Shown here piece by piece: positions 26,540 through 32,574 of a DNA stretch of 32,574 bases. The stretch is from a virus (lineage: Duplodnaviria > Caudoviricetes). The position numbers and the translations under genes are program-made. The stretch lies in the IMG/VR virus record IMGVR_UViG_3300027980_000078, positions 1 through 32,574 of that record; one strand, given 5' to 3'. The notes beneath the pieces are model-generated. The model did no database searches, had not been told where the DNA came from, and worked only from the letters and a program-made list of their open reading frames with translations. The stretch's first letter is position 1; each line of letters opens with the position of its first letter.

Positions 26540-27469
26540 CTATACTACCGTAGCACTTACTTCTTCACCTCTATACAAAACCCCTGCAAGGCTTGTGACA
26601 TCTACATTTAAAGAGTTGTCCCATACGTCAGTAACAACAACTTCTCCAGCTGCAAGAGCTGGAATTGTAATTGTATAATTACCAGGAGTATCTTCAACAA
26701 CCCCACTTATTACAACAGTAGAGCCATCAACCTTTACAATGAAATTAGCTAAAAGCAATCCTTCAACAGGAGTTGAGTTGTCTGAAGCCAAAACAACAGA
26801 AACTTTAACTGTTGTATCTAAATCTGCTGGCGCAGCCGTATAAGCAAAAACAACACCATTTACAGTAGGAACTTCTTGAGGTGTAAAATCAAGTTGTTCT
26901 ATATGTAAAATACCATAATTTTTATCCCATTGTAGCCTATCTAGGAATTGTACTAATAAAGATTTAGACTCTGCATCCCCACCAGAAACCTTACGCTTTG
27001 TAAGTTCTGGGGTAACGTGCCCAGCTGTAAATCCTTTAAAATTCCCATCAGATGTTTTAGCAAGAAGCCAGTTTCCTTCATCGTCACCAATAATAAAGTC
27101 ATAACTTTTAAAAGACTCTATTTTAGCAAGTTCTCTGTAAAATTCATGCCCTTCCTCAAACATTAGTTTGTATTCGGGCAGACCTTTTAAGTTTAGTCGT
27201 TTAACCCCTCCAGTTCCAGTTGAATAAGTATCTTCTGCAGATAAATCTTCAAAAGCACTCGCATCAATAAGAGGGATAATAGTTCCCTTTTGAATTAATG
27301 GCTGAAGAAAGCTAATATCAAAGTCATCTGTAGCTTGAATTACAGTTCCTTTGTTTAAAGCTAATAGGTGAGCAGGCTCTCCAAATAGAGATAAACAACC
27401 AAGTTTACCAGTATTAGCTGAGCCAGCACCGCTACAAGCCTTTTTGTCTGCTATTGTTTGAATGCTCAT
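26540..27469 (-). CDS. Major tail tube protein with C-terminal Ig-like domain
   Basis: 309 aa, position, downstream terminator, beta-rich C-terminus (EDTPGNYTITIP). Confidence 0.75.
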   Translation of the reverse strand: MSIQTIADKKACSGAGSANTGKLGCLSLFGEPAHLLALNKGTVIQATDDFDISFLQPLIQKGTIIPLIDASAFEDLSAEDTYSTGTGGVKRLNLKGLPEYKLMFEEGHEFYRELAKIESFKSYDFIIGDDEGNWLLAKTSDGNFKGFTAGHVTPELTKRKVSGGDAESKSLLVQFLDRLQWDKNYGILHIEQLDFTPQEVPTVNGVVFAYTAAPADLDTTVKVSVVLASDNSTPVEGLLLANFIVKVDGSTVVISGVVEDTPGNYTITIPALAAGEVVVTDVWDNSLNVDVTSLAGVLYRGEEVSATVV

Positions 27470-27606
27470 TTTTCTATAATTTTTAAGTTAAGTAAATATT
27501 CGTATGCCTTTTCGGATTCAGTTTCATAACTATCTCCTGGCTTATATGTCTGTTTCTGAGTAATAAACTCTTTTATAAATTTCCCTTTGTATTTCTTTTT
27601 TGCCAT
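27466..27606 (-). CDS. 46-aa structural-module protein
   Basis: Hand translation MAKKKYKGKFIKEFITQKQTYKPGDSYETESEKAYEYLLNLKIIEK; ATGA overlap with the tail gene. Confidence 0.65.
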   Translation of the reverse strand: MAKKKYKGKFIKEFITQKQTYKPGDSYETESEKAYEYLLNLKIIEK

Positions 27607-27609
27607 GTT

Positions 27610-28128
27610 CTATATTTTTAATTTCTTATAACAGCTTGAGTTTAGTGAAAAATCAAAACTTACTCTTAGCGCATCCCAAATAAAAGAACCTGCGTTTTGT
27701 TCTCCTTCTTCGGAATCACTATAATTTGGATGTTTTTGAATAATAAAATCCTCTTCAAAGTTAACTATGTTTGACCTCCTAAACAGGAGTCTAAAGTTGT
27801 TAAAAAGCGGAATTAAAATTTTACCAAATGTAACTTTTAACCTTTCATAATTTTGCATAGAAGAATTTGTGCTAACAGCTAATATAAAAACAGCACCATC
27901 AACAACAACTTTAGTTTTTTGATGATTTTCACTATATGGATATAATAACCATATTAAAGGATATGGCTCTTCTCTATTGGATAAAAAAGCATTTAATTCC
28001 TTTTTATCACCATATCCAAATACAACAGAATGATACGTCTCTCCAGAGAGGCTTTTCATTTTTGGTAGGTCTTCAAACATAGTTTCAAGCCTATCTTCAA
28101 CAACTATTGTATCATATACTATACTCAT
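27610..28128 (-). CDS. Tail terminator-like protein
   Basis: YPLIWL motif, size and position before the tail tube gene. Confidence 0.6.
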   Translation of the reverse strand: MSIVYDTIVVEDRLETMFEDLPKMKSLSGETYHSVVFGYGDKKELNAFLSNREEPYPLIWLLYPYSENHQKTKVVVDGAVFILAVSTNSSMQNYERLKVTFGKILIPLFNNFRLLFRRSNIVNFEEDFIIQKHPNYSDSEEGEQNAGSFIWDALRVSFDFSLNSSCYKKLKI

Positions 28129-28802
28129 TATATACCAAACCTATTTATATTGCTCCATGTTCGTGGAGTAAAATTAGAATAAGTGTCTTCTGCAATTAAA
28201 TTAGAATCATTTATAAATTTATATAAAGAAACATTAGAACCTCCTTCTGTAAAATAATCTACTCCTAGACCATATTTACTTATAAAAGCCTTTGTTGTTT
28301 CAGAGCTTCCCTGCACAAACTCTACAAATTTATTCCACGCTTTAGCAACCTTAAAAGACGGCGTAACTACTTCTGCGTTTTTAGGGTTATTGATAAAATG
28401 CCCAGAATCACCCCTAGTAATATAATCATTGCTTTCATAATGAAAATAAACGTATGGTGTAATTATGCTTCTATCGTAATTCCCTTCATCAAAAGATTTC
28501 CACCTAATCCCTCTCCAAACTACATTCTGAGAGGTAATCGGGTCGGTGTATGACTTTCCGTTTAATAAATCATTCCATTTTGAGTCCGTACCATCTTTCA
28601 ACCCATTTTGTTTGTTGCTATCAAGTACGGACTTAAATTCATAAAATAATAAACTTCCAAGCGACTTAAACAAACACTCCCTTGAATAGTCATTGATAAA
28701 ATCAATGATATTACCACTTACCTCTGTTACGTTGTCCGAAACATTTGGTTTAGCATGAGGAATATAAAACTCCCCTTTAAAAAAAGTGTTGTTTATAATC
28801 AT
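28128..28802 (-). CDS. Head-tail connector/adaptor
   Basis: Follows capsid genes; WNDLLNGKSY...WRG...YVYFHY. Confidence 0.6.
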   Translation of the reverse strand: MIINNTFFKGEFYIPHAKPNVSDNVTEVSGNIIDFINDYSRECLFKSLGSLLFYEFKSVLDSNKQNGLKDGTDSKWNDLLNGKSYTDPITSQNVVWRGIRWKSFDEGNYDRSIITPYVYFHYESNDYITRGDSGHFINNPKNAEVVTPSFKVAKAWNKFVEFVQGSSETTKAFISKYGLGVDYFTEGGSNVSLYKFINDSNLIAEDTYSNFTPRTWSNINRFGI

Positions 28803-28806
28803 TTTT

Positions 28807-29016
28807 CTAGTCTTTTGCCTTCTTTGGTTTGTAGTCTACAACATCTTTTAGGATTTTCACAAACTCTTTGCCTTTTTTAGCAAGAGACTCAGCAGTACTT
28901 CGATGCATAACATCTTTTTCTCCTTTAGTATGTGTTCCAATATCCTTTAGATATTCTACCTCTACAAAACCAATTTCTTTTTTTGGTGCTTCCTTCTTTT
29001 TTGCTTCTTCAGCCAT
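28807..29016 (-). CDS. Small capsid-associated protein
   Basis: 69 aa directly after the major capsid gene. Confidence 0.65.
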   Translation of the reverse strand: MAEEAKKKEAPKKEIGFVEVEYLKDIGTHTKGEKDVMHRSTAESLAKKGKEFVKILKDVVDYKPKKAKD

Positions 29017-29041
29017 GTTATTAAGTTTTTAAATTAAAATA

Positions 29042-30280
29042 CTATACTGCGGTAATAGCAGCTTGAACAACAGAAATATCATCATAGATAAGAGCTGCTT
29101 GGTCTAGATTTTTTACAAATGCAAAATAACGAGACTCACCTACCATCGTGAATTTATTGGTAATCAACTGATCATTAATCCAACCTATTCTAATGCTAAA
29201 TGGTACGTAGTTTATAACATTATAAACTGACATATCAGCTACAAATATTTTACCAGCTGGAATTTTAATCCATGGTACAATCCTAACTCCACCAATTCGT
29301 ACTTCGTTGAAGAGACCAGCTTGTGGGTATAATGGAAGTCCGTTGTCATCCTTAGCACCTACAAGGTTAATAAAGAAGTCAACTGGATTTATCATAACAA
29401 CATTTGGCTGATAATGTCCCTGATCGGTAAAAGCTTGAGTTGTGTAAATATCAGTAATACAAGCATTAACAACATCCATAAAGTTAGATGTTCCTGCTGG
29501 GAAAACATCCGCCATACTTCCTGCAACAAAAGCACGACCATATTCGGTAGCACCTGTTGGGCTAGAGCCAGTTCCATCTGCGAAATAAACAGCATTTACT
29601 TTATGTAAATTGTGTTGTTTAAGCAAATAGTCTTTTGCTGTTGCTTCCATACGAACAATATCCGTAGCAGCCTCTTCTGTTAGGATTTCATAAGCAGCAG
29701 CCTTAACAGGGTTTGCAAACCTATTTTCCCATTTAAAGTCAATTTGAGGTTTAGCTGCTCCTTCAGCAACAAAAGCATAACCACCTTCTTTCGGCAACAT
29801 TTCTGTATAAGAATATAGTTGCGTCCCAGTAGAGCTAATAGTAGCTAAAGAAAGTAAACTATCATCATTTCTAAGGTTAAAACCCCCTAGATTTGTATGC
29901 CAATTTACATCTGGAGTTCCTACTTCAGTCCCACTAGCTGTCGTTACATCTGCAACTGCTTTAGGGATAAACTCAATACTACCAGACCCTTTTTGATATA
30001 GGTCTTTAATCTCTCCTTCTTTTTCAGTAAGGAACGACTTAAATTGAGCAACCACACCTTCAACTTGCTTCTTTTTGTTGGCTTCTATAAAAGCCTCAAT
30101 AGCATTTCCGCTTTTTTCAATTTCCAGAGAAATTGCTTTAAGCTCTTCTTTTGTTGCACCTTTCGCTTGTAATTCAGCTAAGGTGTTTTGAGCTTCTTCA
30201 AACTTGGTGTTTAAGTCTTTAAACTTAGCTTCCAAAGCTTCTGTAAATTTTTCCATTTTGAAAATTCTATAATTAAACAT
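29042..30280 (-). CDS. Major capsid protein, HK97 fold with N-terminal coiled-coil scaffold domain (start probably ATG at 30256)
   Basis: FVAEGAAKPQ, DGTGSSPTG, VMINPVDF, KDDNGLPLYP, IPAGKIFVADMS. Confidence 0.95.
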   Translation of the reverse strand: MFNYRIFKMEKFTEALEAKFKDLNTKFEEAQNTLAELQAKGATKEELKAISLEIEKSGNAIEAFIEANKKKQVEGVVAQFKSFLTEKEGEIKDLYQKGSGSIEFIPKAVADVTTASGTEVGTPDVNWHTNLGGFNLRNDDSLLSLATISSTGTQLYSYTEMLPKEGGYAFVAEGAAKPQIDFKWENRFANPVKAAAYEILTEEAATDIVRMEATAKDYLLKQHNLHKVNAVYFADGTGSSPTGATEYGRAFVAGSMADVFPAGTSNFMDVVNACITDIYTTQAFTDQGHYQPNVVMINPVDFFINLVGAKDDNGLPLYPQAGLFNEVRIGGVRIVPWIKIPAGKIFVADMSVYNVINYVPFSIRIGWINDQLITNKFTMVGESRYFAFVKNLDQAALIYDDISVVQAAITAV

Positions 30281-30289
30281 TAATTTATT

Positions 30290-30341
30290 GAGAGTGTAAT
30301 ATACGGCTCTCTTTTTTTACAGAGTGATTGCTCGGCTCTGT
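30290..30341 (-). promoter_or_regulatory. Two tandem hairpins with a CC/A internal loop in the capsid leader
   Basis: Minus strand ACAGAG-CC-GA-GCAA-TC-A-CTCTGT and GAGAG-CC-GTA-TAT-TAC-A-CTCTC. Confidence 0.65.
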
Positions 30342-31117
30342 TATTCTTCTATTTCAAGCCATTTTAAAATAGCTTTATCTTTTTCACTATAAGTGAAATC
30401 TTTATTTTTATTATTTAATGTTGGAGTAAACCTGTTGCTCCCAAGAACAACAGCACTACCTTCAATAACTTTAGCCTCTGTAACAACCCAAAAGTATTTT
30501 TCATTAGCTAAATCTTCTTTATTTGCTATTCTTTCATAGTATTTATCCCATACCTTCTTTTCCTCTTCATAGTCCTCTTCTTCTGAATTAATAGCTAATA
30601 GTATTTTAACGTATTGCATGCCAACAGAATGATTATCTACATTTAGATTTTTGTATTGATTATACATATACGAGTTTCTTTCTTCCTTTATTGTAGCATC
30701 AAAAACTAAAGCCTCAGTAGAACCTTCCATATCAAATCCTAAAGACTTCCACGTAAGTTTACTTGCCTTAACAGACAAATCCTCTTTGTCTGCTATAATT
30801 TTATCAAATTTCATTTGATGTTCTTGTAGAAACTTTATGTTTCTATTTTCACTCAAAGACTTATCCCATATACCATTTACATGTAAATCTTTGTGCGAGT
30901 CTACAACATTTGTTGTATTAATTATCGCTCTAACTTTTATAGAGCCATCCTCATTTTGTTCTGCTTTATTAGCTATTGTTGAGGTTAGAACAGTTGTTGT
31001 TAATCCTATCGGGTCAGAGAACTTTATTGCAGACTTTTTAGAATATATAATATCCTGTTTATTTTCTACAAGAAACTTTAATAGTTCATTCCCTTTAAGT
31101 TCTGTTGGTATTTTCAT
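30341..31117 (-). CDS. HK97-type prohead protease
   Basis: DSHKD, LQEHQM (His), NHSVGM (Ser), EGSAVVLGSNRFTP; lies between portal and capsid. Confidence 0.85.
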   Translation of the reverse strand: MKIPTELKGNELLKFLVENKQDIIYSKKSAIKFSDPIGLTTTVLTSTIANKAEQNEDGSIKVRAIINTTNVVDSHKDLHVNGIWDKSLSENRNIKFLQEHQMKFDKIIADKEDLSVKASKLTWKSLGFDMEGSTEALVFDATIKEERNSYMYNQYKNLNVDNHSVGMQYVKILLAINSEEEDYEEEKKVWDKYYERIANKEDLANEKYFWVVTEAKVIEGSAVVLGSNRFTPTLNNKNKDFTYSEKDKAILKWLEIEE

Positions 31118-31119
31118 CT

Positions 31120-31257
31120 TTACCCTGTTTTTATAATAGTCCTTTCTTCTTTTAACGCAGAAAGTTTGTTTTTTAATGATTTCTTTAGGCTAGGGTCTAA
31201 ATTTGGTCTAGACAATGTTTCTTCTATGTTTTTGATTATCTCCTTCTTTGTTCCCAT
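31120..31257 (-). CDS. 45-aa basic protein
   Basis: Hand translation MGTKKEIIKNIEETLSRPNLDPSLKKSLKNKLSALKEERTIIKTG; ends 2 nt before the protease start. Confidence 0.6.
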   Translation of the reverse strand: MGTKKEIIKNIEETLSRPNLDPSLKKSLKNKLSALKEERTIIKTG

Positions 31258-31360
31258 TGCTTGTGTTTTTTACCTCTTACTTCTATAATATGAGTTACGT
31301 ATATAGGAAGACCAACTATATTGACTCCTGTTTGATAACTAACTTTTTTTATGCCTTTTT

Positions 31361-32572
31361 TCATTGTGTTAGTTGAGAAACTAATTCTGTTATTTTTTCT
31401 TCTTGCTCTTCAGTTAAATTGTTTTCTTCGCCTTGTTGACCAATAAGCTGAGTTAGTTCATTTAACTTGATTCCTTTTTCAAATCCAAGAAGCTCTAATG
31501 CTATTTCATCTGGCAAACCAGCCGACCTAAGAATACTTAACGCCTCTCCTCGTGTTTTTTGAACTTCATATTTTGTTTTCTCAAACTCAATCATTACTGG
31601 CATGTGAGAAAAACTACTCCTAAACTCATATCCGTCCTCCAATAAGCCATTTGACAAACTAGCCATAATACTATTAGCCGTAGACTGCATATCGTTTTGA
31701 ATATACGAAACTAGACTTTGATTGGCATTTTTGTAAGTTGATTTTTCGCCTGATATCGAATAAACATCATTAGGAAGATGTAGTCCTGTAAAAATTATAG
31801 ACGCATCCGTTTTGATTCCCTCATCATGACCTAAGTCTCTCATAATTAAATGTAGTGATTGCCATTTTAATGATGCGTTTGTTATAATTCCTCTTTTTCT
31901 CGTATTGGCTAATCCGTAATTATTAGCCCATCGCTCTTCAATTTTTTCTTTTTCGTCTGGTTTTAATGGAAATCCGTCTTTCGCTCCTGAAATTAGCTCT
32001 TTGCCATTAGACCTTATAATAATGCTTTTCGCTATAATACTATCTTGTGTATTAAAGAGAGTTTTTTTCATTCCGTCAATCCTACTAGCAGTATTAAATG
32101 GGTTTTTTGGGTCTACGTTATTTGGTAAGTCGTAGAAAAATATCAGGTCTTTTAAGTTTATTTTTATGTTTTCGTTGTCTTTGTCATAAACAACAACAGT
32201 GTTTAATAGTTCGTTTGTTCTAGATGCGTTGAGTAAATTTCCTTTTTTTATAGAATCAGGAAATTCAATTAAATTATAGTTTAAGACATATAAAGAATTT
32301 GGTTTCGTTCTTCCGTATGTTCTTTTTTTGTATATAACACCAACTCCATTCGCTATTGTTGTGAAGATTAAACTCTCTAGTAAGTCTGGGAGGGTTTGTG
32401 ACCAGTTTGGTTTTTTTAACAAAGCATAAGCTTCGTGATTATTAAAAACCTTCTTGTTAGATGAGTTTATTACATCTATTTGTGTTTGGGAGAATAGTTT
32501 TGCTATAAATAAAAGGGCTGGAGTAAGGATTGGGTGGGATAAACTTAATGATAAGTTGCTTGAGTTTTTTGA
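31361..32572 (-). CDS. Portal protein, 5' end outside window
   Basis: LLKKPNWSQT, SRIDG, STYKNANQS portal motifs; frame stays open from 32422 to the window edge. Confidence 0.9.
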   Translation of the reverse strand, partial: SKNSSNLSLSLSHPILTPALLFIAKLFSQTQIDVINSSNKKVFNNHEAYALLKKPNWSQTLPDLLESLIFTTIANGVGVIYKKRTYGRTKPNSLYVLNYNLIEFPDSIKKGNLLNASRTNELLNTVVVYDKDNENIKINLKDLIFFYDLPNNVDPKNPFNTASRIDGMKKTLFNTQDSIIAKSIIIRSNGKELISGAKDGFPLKPDEKEKIEERWANNYGLANTRKRGIITNASLKWQSLHLIMRDLGHDEGIKTDASIIFTGLHLPNDVYSISGEKSTYKNANQSLVSYIQNDMQSTANSIMASLSNGLLEDGYEFRSSFSHMPVMIEFEKTKYEVQKTRGEALSILRSAGLPDEIALELLGFEKGIKLNELTQLIGQQGEENNLTEEQEEKITELVSQLTQ

Positions 32573-32574
32573 CC

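Noticed and set aside
1109-31136. Antisense or nested ORFs in the track (e.g. 1109-1411, 2290-2520, 5158-5454, 8122-8394, 13333-13623, 20678-20962, 29392-29608, 30837-31136)
   Set aside because: They shadow well-supported genes and carry no recognisable motifs.
1-32574. Stop-codon reassignment, diversity-generating retroelement or integrase
   Set aside because: Long genes are intact in the standard code with all three stops in use; no reverse transcriptase or recombinase motifs were seen.

Overview
AT-rich (roughly 30% GC by eye) fragment of a tailed dsDNA phage with siphovirus-type gene order, most likely infecting Bacteroidetes/Flavobacteriia (TTTG-N19-TAnnTTTG promoters, few obvious Shine-Dalgarno motifs). 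Layout: (1) 1-4522, minus strand: PD-(D/E)XK nuclease, ERF annealing protein, M20/M28-type Zn peptidase and a large unknown protein; (2) 4523-6711: control region with divergent promoters, a self-contained two-gene island bracketed by G-rich motifs, and an iteron-like GTAAC array; (3) 6712-11951, plus strand: small accessory genes and a VRR-NUC nuclease; (4) 11916-32574, minus strand: portal, prohead protease, capsid, neck, tail, tape measure, tail spike/fibre and lysis genes. The standout is 7775-8757. A helical protein gene (tentatively DIP1984-like) is followed directly by a ~345-nt putative structured RNA. It has an 11-bp closing helix, a Tyr-anticodon-like hairpin, a circularly permuted YrlA-like tRNA module and a phased array of 7-nt NTTAAAG units, suggesting an uncharacterised protein-ncRNA system. 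All calls come from motif recognition by eye; no searches were run.
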